From an uncultured Thermoleophilia bacterium (GTDB lineage Bacteria > Actinomycetota > Thermoleophilia > UBA2241): 64,000 bases of DNA. Every line of letters starts with the position of its first letter. Positions within the stretch are counted from its first letter, which is position 1. Positions 31,773 through 41,561 of the stretch are shown here, one piece after another. The translations under genes were made by a program, and so were the position numbers. Location: positions 32,731 through 96,730 of the forward strand of contig CAVOWE010000018.1 of NCBI GenBank assembly GCA_963700035.1, given 5' to 3'. The notes below the pieces were generated by a model, which searched no databases, was not told where the DNA came from, and saw only the letters and a program-made list of their open reading frames with translations.

Positions 31773-32441
31773 TCACGCTCGTGTCGGCTTGGCCGGGGGC
31801 AGCGCTGCGACGACCGCCTGCGGCGGTCCGGCGGCGATCGCCCGGCCGGCATCCAGCAGCAGTACCGAGGCGGCGCGTTCGGCTTCATTGAGGTAGGTGG
31901 TCGAGACGACCACCGCCGCGCCGCCGGCGGCGGCGCCGGCGATCAGGCGCCACAGCTCCACCCGGCTCACCGGGTCCACGCCGGTCGTGGGTTCGTCGAG
32001 GATCAGCAGTTCGGGCCGGTGCAGCATCGCGAGCGCGAAGGCCAGCTTCTGGCGCATACCGCCGGAGAGGCGGCCGGCGAGGCGGTCGCCGATGCCCTCG
32101 AGTCCCGTGCGCTCGAGGAGCTCGGCGAGGCGCGCCTCCAGTTCGGCGCCGCGCACGCCGTAGGCCCCGGCCACGAAGGCGACGTTCTCGGCGACGCTGA
32201 GGTCGGCGTAGAGGCCGGAGGAGCCGGCGACGTAGCCGATCCGGCGACGCGCCGGGCTGCGCACCGTCCCCGCCGTGGGCCGGGCGACGCCGGCCAGGGC
32301 GCGGAGCAGGGTCGTCTTGCCGGCGCCGTCGCCGCCGATGACGGCGGTGACCGCCCCGGCCGGCACGTCCAGAGTGACGTTCTCCAGCGCGGCGCGCCGG
32401 CCGTAGCGCACCGTGAGGCCGCTCGCGCCCCAGCCGCTCAC
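31773..32441 (-). CDS. ABC transporter ATP-binding protein (first NBD)
   Basis: Walker A GGDGAGKTT, signature LSGGMRQKLAFA, Walker B LILDEPTTGVD. GTGA overlap with the permease stop. Confidence 0.85.
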   Translation of the reverse strand: MSGWGASGLTVRYGRRAALENVTLDVPAGAVTAVIGGDGAGKTTLLRALAGVARPTAGTVRSPARRRIGYVAGSSGLYADLSVAENVAFVAGAYGVRGAELEARLAELLERTGLEGIGDRLAGRLSGGMRQKLAFALAMLHRPELLILDEPTTGVDPVSRVELWRLIAGAAAGGAAVVVSTTYLNEAERAASVLLLDAGRAIAAGPPQAVVAALPPAKPTRA

Positions 32442-33595
32442 GCGCCGGTCTCCGCGGCCGTCGCTGCGACGGGCGTGCCGCCTTGGGCCTCCGGCGCATC
32501 GTCGTCCTCTCTCCCGGCCGGCGCCAGATCGCGACGAAAGCGCAGGGTAGAGGCCGTGAACACGAAGGTCGCCATGACGGCGAGCACGACCAGCGGCACC
32601 CACAGGGCGTCGATGGGCGCACCGCGCACCATGACCCCCCGCGCCACCTTGATGAAGTAGGTCAGCGGCAGGATGTACCCGATCCAGCGTACGCCCCAAG
32701 CCATCGAATAGAGGGGGAAGAAGAGGCCGCTGAGCAGGAACTGCGGGAGCAGGGTCATCATCGCCAGCTGGATGGCCTGACCCTGGGTCTGCGACACCGT
32801 GGAGATGAGCACGCCGGTCCCCAGCGTCACGAACAGGAAGAGCGCGGCCCCGAGGGCGAACACCGCGACCGAGCCGCGGAAGGGTACGTCGAAGAGCAGC
32901 ATGCCGGCGCCGACGACGATCACCATGTCGAGGGCGGCGATGAGCATGTAGGGCGCGATCTTGCCGATGAAGACGTCGCGCGGGCGGAACGGCATGACGG
33001 CGAGCTGTTCCATGGTCCCGGCCTGGCGCTCGCGCACCACGCCGAGGGCCGTGGCCACGGTCCCGACGAAGACGAGGATGATGCCGCACAGGCCGGGGAT
33101 CATGATGACGGCGGTGCGCAGATCGGGGTTGAAGAGGATCTCGGCCCTGACCGACGCGACCAGGTTCCCGCTCGGGGTCGCGCCGGACTGCGGCGTGCCG
33201 CCGCCGGCCTGCGCGGCGATCCCCTGTGCCTGCGCCAGGGCGCGCAACGCTGCCTGGGTCGCGAACAACTCGGTGCCGTCGAGGAGCAGTTGTGGCGCGG
33301 CTCCCGCCCGCGCCGGCATGACGATCGCGGCTGCGGCTTCGCCGCGGCGCAGCGCGTCGCGGGCCTGCGCCGCCCCGTCGCCGGGGCGCGTGGCCACGAC
33401 GCGAAGCTCCGCGGGGAGCGCCGCGGCGGCGAGCGGAGCCCCGGGGCCGACGACGAGCGTGGGCACCTCCTTGACGTCGAAGCTGGCCGCGTAGCCGAAG
33501 ACCACGAGGAAGAGGAATGGGAGCAGGAACAGCATCGCCACCGTTCTGCGGTCGCGGCGCAGCTGGCGGAACTCCTTGAGCGCGATAGCCCACAT
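32438..33595 (-). CDS. ABC-2 type transporter permease
   Basis: 385-aa ORF. N-terminus IALKEFRQLRRDRRTVAMLFLLPFLFL, a large periplasmic loop, then 5 TM segments typical of the ABC-2 family. Confidence 0.85.
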   Translation of the reverse strand: MWAIALKEFRQLRRDRRTVAMLFLLPFLFLVVFGYAASFDVKEVPTLVVGPGAPLAAAALPAELRVVATRPGDGAAQARDALRRGEAAAAIVMPARAGAAPQLLLDGTELFATQAALRALAQAQGIAAQAGGGTPQSGATPSGNLVASVRAEILFNPDLRTAVIMIPGLCGIILVFVGTVATALGVVRERQAGTMEQLAVMPFRPRDVFIGKIAPYMLIAALDMVIVVGAGMLLFDVPFRGSVAVFALGAALFLFVTLGTGVLISTVSQTQGQAIQLAMMTLLPQFLLSGLFFPLYSMAWGVRWIGYILPLTYFIKVARGVMVRGAPIDALWVPLVVLAVMATFVFTASTLRFRRDLAPAGREDDDAPEAQGGTPVAATAAETGA

Positions 33596-33640
33596 GGGCG
33601 CCTCCTTCGCCGCGAGCGCGGTCCCTGCGCGCGGATGAAC

Positions 33641-33686
33641 TCAACGACTGTTGAATTCTACGACCGTTGAATTCTTCCGTCAACAT
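33641..33686. promoter_or_regulatory. Operator-like repeat cluster upstream of the ABC-2/NBD/MFS/TetR block
   Basis: Two tandem 16-nt direct repeats, ACGACTGTTGAATTCT (33644..33659) and ACGACCGTTGAATTCT (33660..33675), are flanked by inverted TCAAC/GTTGA elements. The site is in an AT-richer patch about 50 nt upstream of the permease start. Confidence 0.45.
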
Positions 33687-33885
33687 GCCGAATACGACAA
33701 GACGCGGGCGGTGCCGGTAGCCTCGGGCCGCTGGGCCCGAAGCCACCGGCCTTGCCGAATCCCACACGTCGACACGGCTGCCCGTTTTCCTGCTCTTGAG
33801 CCGATTTGCGTCCTTCTGGTAGGTTTCGGGCTCGCATCCCCGGCGGCGCGTTCGCGCCGTCTGCGGGGTTCTCGCGGTCGCCCAC

Positions 33886-34926
33886 GTGGCGCGCCGCAGC
33901 CACGGAGGAGGCGCGCTGGATCGCTGCCACCCGAGACGTCTGCCCGTGAGTGTCGCGCTGGCCGGCGTGGTGTTGCTCGCCGCCCTCGTTCTCGCGGCCA
34001 TGGCCGCACAAGCCTCGGCGCGCACCGGCCAACTTCAGAGCGTGCGCGCCAAGGCGAAGGCTCTGGCTGCCGACGTCGCCACCCTCGACGCGCAGATCGA
34101 CGCCGCGGTCCAGCGATGCACGCGGGCCACCGATTCGCTCGCCGCGGTCCGCACTCAGATCGGCGTCAACAGGCGCCTTCAGAAGTCGGCGCTTCGCGAA
34201 CTGGACGTGGCGCGCGCCACGCTCGCAGCGCGCGCCGTCGCGCTCTACAAGCACGACGACGCCACGACGCTCGACGCCATCTTCAGCGCCGACGACTTCG
34301 GCGACCTCGTCAGCCGTCTCACCATGGTGCAGAGCATCGCGCGCGGCGACCGCGACGTGCTGCGCACCGTCGAGCGCACCAAGCGCGAGCTCGCCGACCG
34401 GGCGGTGTCCCTGGCCGCCGACGAGCGCACCGCCAAGAAGCTCGTGGTTCAGCGCGACGCGGAGCTCAACAGCATCCGGGCGCAGCTCGGCGAGCGGCAG
34501 GCGATGCTCGCCGGGGTGCGCCAGGAGATCCGCGATCTTGCCGCCAGGCAGAAGCCCGCGACACCCGCGCCCGACCAGACCGTCAAGCCGCCGTCCGGCG
34601 ATGGGGGCGGCGAAGACGGTGGCGGCCAGGGGCAGTGGTGGCCGCTGATCCAGCAGGCCGCCGGCGCCAACGGCGTCAGCGCGCGCGGGATGTACCGCCT
34701 CATGATGATCGAGTCCGGGGGCAACGCGTCCATCGTCGGTCCCGGTGGCTACTACGGCCTCTTCCAGTACCACCCCGCCACCTGGAAGGGCTCCTGGAAC
34801 CCCTATCGCTCGGCCGGCATCACCGACGGCGCCGCACAGATCCGCGCCACGGCGCTTGCCCTCAAGCTGGGGTACGGGCACGCCTGGTGGGACCCGTCCT
34901 ACTCCTGGGCGTTCTCGGGTAGGTGA
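33886..34926 (+). CDS. Secreted coiled-coil protein with a C-terminal lytic-transglycosylase-like domain
   Basis: Signal/TM segment (VSVALAGVVLLAALVLAAMAAQASA), a long coiled coil of about 200 aa, then MMIESGGNASIVGPGGYYGLFQYHPATWKG. Confidence 0.7.
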   Translation: MARRSHGGGALDRCHPRRLPVSVALAGVVLLAALVLAAMAAQASARTGQLQSVRAKAKALAADVATLDAQIDAAVQRCTRATDSLAAVRTQIGVNRRLQKSALRELDVARATLAARAVALYKHDDATTLDAIFSADDFGDLVSRLTMVQSIARGDRDVLRTVERTKRELADRAVSLAADERTAKKLVVQRDAELNSIRAQLGERQAMLAGVRQEIRDLAARQKPATPAPDQTVKPPSGDGGGEDGGGQGQWWPLIQQAAGANGVSARGMYRLMMIESGGNASIVGPGGYYGLFQYHPATWKGSWNPYRSAGITDGAAQIRATALALKLGYGHAWWDPSYSWAFSGR

Positions 34927-35579
34927 CCAGGCCGCTGCTGATGCTCGACCACGACGGCGTCGTGGTCGACTCCTTCGAGATCTTCACGTCGTCGTTCGTG
35001 GAGGCGTGCCGCCGCGTCGGGCTGCAACAGGTCACGAGCGCCGAGGACGTGCTCGCCCTTTTCGACGGCAATTTCTACGAGAGCCTGCGGGTCGCGGGCG
35101 CCGAGGACGCGCAGATCCGCGAGGCCATGATGCGCACCGCCGGCGCCCTTCGCCTCGCGATGCCGGCGCTCCGTCCCTTTCCGCTCATGCCCGAGGTGCT
35201 CAACGATCTCGGCGAGGCGCGCCACGTCGTCATCGTCTCGTCGAACGCGAGCGACGTGGTGGAGCTCTTCCTCAAGCGGCACGGTATCGCCGGCGTCGCC
35301 GAGGTGGCCGGGGCCGAGTCCGGGCGCAGCAAGGTCGCCAAGATCGAGGCGCTCATCGCGCGGTTCCCCGGTCAGGCGAGCTACTGGTTCGTGGGCGACA
35401 CGGCCGGCGACATGCGCGAAGCGCGCCTCGCCGGCGCCACGCCGCTCGGGGTGGCCTGGGGATGGCACGGCAGAGAAGAGCTCGAGGCGGCCGGTGCGGA
35501 GCGCATCGCGGACACGCCGGCCGACCTGCTGGCCATCGTCGCGCCCGAGGTGGCGGCCGACTTCCTGGGCACCGGCTAG
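34923..35579 (+). CDS. HAD-superfamily hydrolase (phosphoglycolate-phosphatase-like)
   Basis: GTGA overlap with the upstream gene. Motif I LMLDHDGVVVDS, motif II VIVSSN and VGDTAGDM are present. The stop codon is TAG. Confidence 0.75.
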   Translation: MTRPLLMLDHDGVVVDSFEIFTSSFVEACRRVGLQQVTSAEDVLALFDGNFYESLRVAGAEDAQIREAMMRTAGALRLAMPALRPFPLMPEVLNDLGEARHVVIVSSNASDVVELFLKRHGIAGVAEVAGAESGRSKVAKIEALIARFPGQASYWFVGDTAGDMREARLAGATPLGVAWGWHGREELEAAGAERIADTPADLLAIVAPEVAADFLGTG

Positions 35580-35599
35580 GTCGGGCCGGGTCGGCGCCG

Positions 35600-36076
35600 T
35601 CAGCGTTCGCCGGCCGGCGCGGCCAGAGCGGCGGCCAGTCTGCGGGCGCTGCTCGCGCGGAAGCCGCCGGCATCGTGGAAGGCGACCATGCCGGCGCCGT
35701 CCAGCAAGACCACCTGGGCCCTGTCGCCACCACCGTCGCCGATGAACGCGCGAGCCTTCGCGCCGTCCTCGTACAGCGTCACGACGCTGGACCACTGGGC
35801 GCGGGGCACGCCGCCGCGCATGCCGCCGTCGATCCAGCCCTGCAGGGGTCGCCAGATGAGCGCGGGGATGATGGGCAGCTCGAAGACGGCCAGGCGCGGG
35901 AGCTCTCGTCCGCAGAACGCCGCCCACTTGTCGATGTCGGACTGGGTCCCGCGCCGGTACGCGCACAGGAGCAGCGCCGGCGCGCCCATGAGGTCCTCGG
36001 GGATGCGCACCCGCTCGCCCGAGAGCGCCACGCCGGCGACGGATGGGAAGCGCAGCCCTTCGAGCGGCGACGTCAT
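35600..36076 (-). CDS. Hypothetical protein (158 aa)
   Basis: The start was chosen at MTSPLEGLRF (ATG at 36076). The protein-like composition ends there and the longer ORF upstream is Arg/Pro-rich. No motif was recognised. Confidence 0.45.
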   Translation of the reverse strand: MTSPLEGLRFPSVAGVALSGERVRIPEDLMGAPALLLCAYRRGTQSDIDKWAAFCGRELPRLAVFELPIIPALIWRPLQGWIDGGMRGGVPRAQWSSVVTLYEDGAKARAFIGDGGGDRAQVVLLDGAGMVAFHDAGGFRASSARRLAAALAAPAGER

Positions 36077-36652
36077 CGGCCCGGGTCGCCGGCGGCGATG
36101 CGTAGATACGTCATGAAGTGATTGTACTGCGGTCCGCGCCGGCCCGCCGCAGGCGCGGCCGGCGAACGCCGTCGCGGCGGCTGGAAGCGCTCGAGATCGC
36201 CGGGGCGCGGGACATCTTCTCGGGCCGGTCCTGTGCCGGCTCCGCCGCCGGCCCGTCGGGGTCGTGCCGCGGAGCCGTTGCCGCGCAGTCCGTAGCAGCC
36301 ATAGCCTCGCTCGGTGATGATCGGCGAGCAGGCGATCCGGTTGTTGAGGCTCGACTCCTTCATGCCCGCGGCCGTCCCAGCCCCAGTACCGGACGGCGAT
36401 CCGAGCCGTGCGGCCGGGCTCGGCGTTCTCTGCGCTCGTGGCCAGTTCGGCCTCGAGTGAAGGGGTCGACGGCTCCACAGGATCTCCGCTTCGCGCTGCT
36501 CGCTCCGGGGAAGGATACTCCAGGGCGGGCCGGGGGGACCTGGACGTCACGCCGGCCGCGCGCCCGTTGGTGTGCGAACGGTCATACTCCCGTTGACGTC
36601 GCCCCTGCACTATGATGAGGGCGACCGCGAAGCCCGTGCCGGAGGGAGTTCG

Positions 36653-37498
36653 ATGGCTACCGAGAAGCCCAAGCCGAAGAAGCACGCCGACGAGCTCGAG
36701 CACGCCGCCGGCTCGCCGCACAAGAAGATGGAGTGCAAAGCCTACGCGGAGGAACTGCACAAGCTCCAGATCGAGCTCGTCAAGCTCCAGGAGTGGATCA
36801 GGCACGAAGGCCTGAGGGTCGCGGTCATCTTCGAGGGCCGCGACGCCGCCGGCAAGGGCGGCACCATCAAACGCTTCACCGAGCATCTCAATCCGCGCGT
36901 CGTGCGCATCGCCGCGCTGGCGACGCCGAGCGACCGCGAGAAGACGGAGTGGTACTTCCAGCGCTACGTGGAGCACCTGCCGGCCGGCGGCGAGATGATC
37001 CTCTTCGACCGCTCCTGGTACAACCGCGCCGGGGTCGAGCGCGTGATGGGCTTCTGCACCGAGGACGAGGTGTGGGACTTCTTTCGCGCCTGCCCCGAGT
37101 TCGAGCGCATGCTCATCCGCAGCGGGATAATCCTCGTGAAGTACTGGTTCAGCGTGAGTGACGAGGAGCAGGACAAGCGCTTCCACGCGCGCGTCAAGGA
37201 CCCGCTCAGGCAGTGGAAGCTCAGCCCCATGGACCTGGAGAGCCGCCTGCGCTGGGTGGAGTACTCGCAGGCCAAGGACGAGATGTTCAGCTACACCGAC
37301 ACCAAGGATTCGCCCTGGTGGGTGGTCAAGTCCGACGACAAACGTCGCGCGCGGCTCAACTGTATCCACCACCTGCTGAGCATGATCCCCTACGAGGACG
37401 TCACCCCGAAAGGCCTCAAACTCCCCGACCTCCCGCCAGACAGAGGGTACGTGCGGCCGCCGATCGACTCGCAGACGTTCGTGCCGGAGATCTTCTAG
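36653..37498 (+). CDS. ppk2: Polyphosphate kinase 2
   Basis: GGAGGGAG RBS. FEGRDAAGKGGTIKR (Walker A), FDRSWYNRAGVERVMGF and KYWFSVSDEEQDKRF are present. The stop codon is TAG. Confidence 0.9.
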   Translation: MATEKPKPKKHADELEHAAGSPHKKMECKAYAEELHKLQIELVKLQEWIRHEGLRVAVIFEGRDAAGKGGTIKRFTEHLNPRVVRIAALATPSDREKTEWYFQRYVEHLPAGGEMILFDRSWYNRAGVERVMGFCTEDEVWDFFRACPEFERMLIRSGIILVKYWFSVSDEEQDKRFHARVKDPLRQWKLSPMDLESRLRWVEYSQAKDEMFSYTDTKDSPWWVVKSDDKRRARLNCIHHLLSMIPYEDVTPKGLKLPDLPPDRGYVRPPIDSQTFVPEIF

Positions 37499-37588
37499 GT
37501 CTCAGCCGCCCGCGGCCTCCTTCAAGACCGTCGCCGCGCCTGCGTGCCCGCCGGGGAGACGCGGCGGCGGTGGATCGTCGCAGCGAGG

Positions 37589-37864
37589 CTAGTCGGTACC
37601 ATCCTCGCCGCCGAACGGCTCGCCGATGAACGGCAGTTCGGGGGGCTCGCCGAGGCAGTCGATCACGGCGCCGGCGATGATCCCCACCAGCGCCTCGGCC
37701 CGCGCGGCTTCGTCCACCGTTGCCTGCATGGCGTCGAACTCGGCGACCAGACGCGCGAGCTGCGCGGACGACGAGGCGCGCGCAGCTCCCGCGAGGGCCT
37801 CGGGGACGCGCACGACCCAGTGAAGCTGCGCATCGACGGCGACGGTGATGCTGGCCTGCGACAT
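37589..37864 (-). CDS. Small hypothetical protein (91 aa)
   Basis: The start was chosen at MSQASITVAVDAQLHWVVRV. No motif was recognised. Confidence 0.35.
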   Translation of the reverse strand: MSQASITVAVDAQLHWVVRVPEALAGAARASSSAQLARLVAEFDAMQATVDEAARAEALVGIIAGAVIDCLGEPPELPFIGEPFGGEDGTD

Positions 37865-38322
37865 GGCGGCCTCCTCGAGGTCGGCGGCGGACAGAGAAGC
37901 GAACGCCGCCGCCGGACGTATGGCGACACGTGGTCTGCAGCGACCGGTCGCACGTGCGGTGCGCGGCGCCTGGCGCGGGGCCGGCAACCGGCGGCGGCGT
38001 TCGAGACCCAGACTAGCAGCAGGGGCGGACGGATGTTCGCGTGGCCGCCGCTTCGGATCCTGCTTCGCCCGGCAGACGGCCTTCCCGCGGAAGAGCGTCG
38101 AGGTCACATCGGCCCGGTCCCTGTGCTTGGGAGCCATCCTCAGGAGGTTCTTGCCGATCACGGTGAGGTCGGCGAAGCGTCCGACGGAGACGAGGTCGCG
38201 CATATCTTGGGATCAGAGGGCCGCGCCGTACGCGCGACCAACCGGCGATCCCGAGGTTCACGTTGGGCTCGCCTGCGGGTATCATGCGCCATCACCCCAC
38301 GCCGCCCAATGAAGGAGACAGC

Positions 38323-38538
38323 ATGTCGAGCAGCGTCTACAAGGTCATGGAAGTCATCGGGTCGAGCCCGAGCTCGTGGGAAGAGGCCGCCAAGACCGCC
38401 GTCGAGAAGGCCGGCATCCACCGTGAGGACCTGCGGGTGGCCGAGGTCCTCGAGTTCGACATGAAGATCGACAACAAGCAGATCGTGGCGTTTCGCGCCA
38501 AGGTCAAGATCTCGTACAAGTATCACGAGATGGTCTGA
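38323..38538 (+). CDS. Dodecin-family flavin-binding protein
   Basis: GAAGGAGA RBS. 71 aa: MSSSVYKVMEVIGSSPSSWEEAAKTAVEKA...FRAKVKISYKY, typical of dodecin. Confidence 0.85.
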   Translation: MSSSVYKVMEVIGSSPSSWEEAAKTAVEKAGIHREDLRVAEVLEFDMKIDNKQIVAFRAKVKISYKYHEMV

Positions 38539-38562
38539 GGGCGCAGGACACAGCCGACGCGT

Positions 38563-38610
38563 GACGGGCGGCGCGGGAGAGGCGGCAGAGCCGCTCCCGC
38601 GCCGCCCGTC
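38563..38610 (+). terminator. Perfect 17-bp hairpin after the dodecin gene
   Basis: GACGGGCGGCGCGGGAG pairs with CTCCCGCGCCGCCCGTC, with a 14-nt loop. Confidence 0.5.
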
Positions 38611-38842
38611 CGTCTAGCGGACGCACCTGGCCGCCATGTCCCGGCAACGAACGCGCCGCTGACGCCGCCCCAGCGAACAGCCCGTGGTCCCAGCGAGGCA
38701 CGGCGTTCGGCAGAGGTTGACACGGCCGTGATGGACGACCCCCATCCGGGCCCTCACGCCGCGCCCGCGCGGGCACCCTGCAGCGCGTGACTGACGGCAG
38801 GGTCAGTGTACGCGGAGTCGACAGGTCGCCGTGGCGCAGGTG

Positions 38843-39502
38843 CTACTGCACCACTACCTCGGCGTGCATCGCCGCAGCGAGACTGTGGATCTGGCACTCA
38901 TAGAAGAACGTCCCGGGGGTCGTGAATGTGTAGCGGAACGTGTGTCCGCCGGCGATGGGCCCGCTATCGAAGAGCCCCGTCGGCGTGGCGTTCGGATCCA
39001 GGCTGTCCACCGCCGTGACCGTGTGGTTGGTGGAGTCGTTGTTCGTCCACACGACGGTCGTCCACGGCTTGACGGTGAGCGTCTTGGGCGAGAACGCGTG
39101 AGACGCGATCTCCACGGCGGCGCGTTCGACCACCGTGACCATGAGCTTCTTCGTGGTGAGTCCTCCGAACCTGGCGCGGAAGTAGATCGGGCCGAGCGAT
39201 GTACCCGCCACCCACGTGGTCTTGTACTTGGTCGCGCCCTTGGGGAGGCTGAGCTTCTTCAGCGTGGTGAAGGCCGTACCGTCAAGTGAAGACTGCAGCG
39301 TCAGCTTGGCGGGCTTCTTCAGCTTGGGGGACACCTTGCCCGAGAGCGTGACCGTCTCGAAGGGCGAGATCGAATCCGGCGAGATCCTGAGTGACAGCGA
39401 GCCGGCCACCGCGGGAGGCGGGGCGGCAGCGGCCACGAGCAGGGCGAGGGCGAGGGCTCGCGGCGAGCGCGACGACGGCGAGGAGTCTGGACATGACGGC
39501 AC
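38843..39502 (-). CDS. Secreted cupredoxin (plastocyanin/azurin-like blue copper) domain protein
   Basis: The C-terminal ligand pattern NHTVTA...FFYECQIHSLAAAMHAEVVV (Cys-x2-His-x5-Met) follows a signal-like N-terminus. An alternative ATG at 39494 has a well-spaced GGAGGT RBS but lies in another frame (MSRLLAVVALAAS...). Using it would require a frame change near 39455. Confidence 0.75.
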   Translation of the reverse strand: MPSCPDSSPSSRSPRALALALLVAAAAPPPAVAGSLSLRISPDSISPFETVTLSGKVSPKLKKPAKLTLQSSLDGTAFTTLKKLSLPKGATKYKTTWVAGTSLGPIYFRARFGGLTTKKLMVTVVERAAVEIASHAFSPKTLTVKPWTTVVWTNNDSTNHTVTAVDSLDPNATPTGLFDSGPIAGGHTFRYTFTTPGTFFYECQIHSLAAAMHAEVVVQ

Positions 39503-39664
39503 CTCCGGTTGACGATTGGGGTATGCCCGCGCGGGCGGTCAAGGGAACCGCGCGGCGGTGCCAGCGCGGACGGCGCCGCCTCGTACACGGCATGAAGCCC
39601 GCGTCATCGGGTACGAAAGACGTGCAGGCAACACGTCTTCGCAGGCGTCGCGAGGGGAGGTTCG

Positions 39665-39829
39665 ATGGCCGTCTACGAGTTCACCTGCAAGAAGTGCGGC
39701 ACCGGTTTCGAGGTCACCTGCCACATGGACGAGCGCGAGGCCAAGGCGGTGTGCCCCAAGTGCGGCAGCCGGAAGGTAGCCCAGAAGCTCACCGCCGGGT
39801 TCTCGTCGCCGCCGCCGGCCAAGTACTGA
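39665..39829 (+). CDS. FmdB-family zinc-ribbon small protein (54 aa)
   Basis: MAVYEFTCKKCGTGFEV...CPKCGS. The ORF is below the ORF-track length cut-off. Coordinates were read directly from the sequence. Confidence 0.7.
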   Translation: MAVYEFTCKKCGTGFEVTCHMDEREAKAVCPKCGSRKVAQKLTAGFSSPPPAKY

Positions 39830-40048
39830 GCGGCGGTTTGTCGTCCCTTCGCGGCGGGTACGCTGCGCATCACCGCGCGCCCGCCGCAGGCGCGGCGCGC
39901 GGTGACAGCGACAGCTGCCACGCGGCCGGGCGGGCGTAGCCCCACCCGGCCTCCAGACACGACAGGAGCGACATGGTCCAGGTAGGTCAGAAGGCCCGGG
40001 AGTTCGCGCTGTCTTGAGGACGCTGCCAACACGCGAGAAGGGAGTGGG

Positions 40049-40345
40049 ATGTCCGGGATCGACGACTGGTTCGACGAGAAGACGCTGCTCGACATGGCGC
40101 CGCCCGACGTGTTCGTGAGGGGCGCTTCGGCCGCCGAGCACGGCTCCGTACAGATAGTCGAGCGCGACGAGGAGCATCTGCGCAGCCGTGTCGAGGACAC
40201 CGAGGTGCTCACCACGGAGTTCTGGCTCAGCGGCGGTGAGCTGAAGTGGTCGTGCACCTGCGGCGCGGCCGAGACGCATCCCTGCGAGCATCTCATGGCC
40301 AGCGCGCTGGCCACCTGGCCCGGCGAGGCGCCGCGCGCAGAGTGA
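40049..40345 (+). CDS. SWIM-type zinc-finger domain protein (98 aa)
   Basis: CTCGAAETHPCEH matches the CxCx(n)CxH SWIM signature. Confidence 0.55.
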   Translation: MSGIDDWFDEKTLLDMAPPDVFVRGASAAEHGSVQIVERDEEHLRSRVEDTEVLTTEFWLSGGELKWSCTCGAAETHPCEHLMASALATWPGEAPRAE

Positions 40346-40392
40346 AGGTGAGCGACGCGGATGACAGTGGTCACGACCGCGAGAGGTGACAG

Positions 40393-41427
40393 ATGGAGTT
40401 TCGCAGACTCGGGAACAGCGGCCTGCGCGTGTCGGAGCTGTGCCTGGGCACGATGACCTTCGGCCACGGCTTCATGGGCATCGGCGTCCTGGGGCAGGAG
40501 GAGGCCGACCCGCTGGTGCGCACCGCGCTTGACGCCGGCGTGAACTTCTTCGACACCGCAGACGTCTATTCGCGCGGCGAGTCCGAGGAGATCCTCGGCC
40601 GCGCCCTCAAGAACGCCGGCGTCGCCCGGCACAGCGTGGTGCTCGCCACGAAGCTGCGCGGCACCATGAGCGACGCCGCCGCGGCCGAGACCGGCGACAT
40701 CAACAACCGGGGCTTGTCGCGGAAGCACGTCATGGAGTCCATCGACGGCAGCCTGCGCCGTCTGGGCGTGGAGTACATCGACCTGTACCAGATCCACGGC
40801 ATCGACCCCCACACGCCGATCGAGGAGACGCTCGAGGCCCTGAACGACCTGGTGCGCGTGGGCAAGGTCCTGTACATCGGCGTCTCGAACCTTGCCGCCT
40901 GGCAGATCACGAAGGCGCTCGGCATGTCGGAGCGCCGCGGCTGGTCCAGGTTCGTGAGCCTGCAAGCCTACTACTCGCTGGTCGCCCGCGACCTCGAGGT
41001 CGAGCTGCTGCCGATGGCACGCGAGGAGGGACTCGGCGTGCTGACCTGGTCGCCGCTCGCCGGGGGTTACGCATCCGGCAAGTACCGCGCCGGCAAGCCG
41101 GAGGTGGCCCGGCGCAACAGCTTCGACTTCCCGCGGGTGTCGCCCCAGGCCGAGGAGGCGCTGGTCGTGCTGGAAGAAGTGGCCGACGCGCGCGGCGTCA
41201 GCATGGCCCGCGTCGCGCTCGCCTGGCTGCGTCAGCAGCCCGGCGTGACCTCGGTGATCGTCGGCGCACGTGACCCGGACCAGCTCGAGGACAACCTGAA
41301 GGCCGCAGACCTCGAGCTGACGCCCGACGAGCTGGAGACGCTGGCCGTGCCCACCGCGCCACAGCTGCCGTACCCGCAGTGGATGATCGCCTTGCAGTCG
41401 GGGCGGCAGCGGCCGCCGGTGCGCTAG
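40393..41427 (+). CDS. Aldo/keto reductase
   Basis: 344-aa ORF with LGNSGLRVSELCLGTMTFG, FFDTADVYSRGESEEILG and IDLYQIH. The stop codon is TAG. Confidence 0.9.
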   Translation: MEFRRLGNSGLRVSELCLGTMTFGHGFMGIGVLGQEEADPLVRTALDAGVNFFDTADVYSRGESEEILGRALKNAGVARHSVVLATKLRGTMSDAAAAETGDINNRGLSRKHVMESIDGSLRRLGVEYIDLYQIHGIDPHTPIEETLEALNDLVRVGKVLYIGVSNLAAWQITKALGMSERRGWSRFVSLQAYYSLVARDLEVELLPMAREEGLGVLTWSPLAGGYASGKYRAGKPEVARRNSFDFPRVSPQAEEALVVLEEVADARGVSMARVALAWLRQQPGVTSVIVGARDPDQLEDNLKAADLELTPDELETLAVPTAPQLPYPQWMIALQSGRQRPPVR

Positions 41428-41561
41428 CGGGCCGGAAGGCCGGTGTCCACAGACGCGGTGTGACGAGCGAAGACAGGCGAACGGTCACGCTGAGATGAGG
41501 TGAGCAGCGGCGCCTTCGCGCCTGAGTCGCCCGTGCTCTCCGCCCATGCTAGCCTGTGCCC

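Noticed and set aside
36592-36616. TTGACG ... TATGAT upstream of ppk2 as a promoter.
   Set aside because: The spacer between the two hexamers is only 12 nt, which is too short for a functional sigma70-type promoter.
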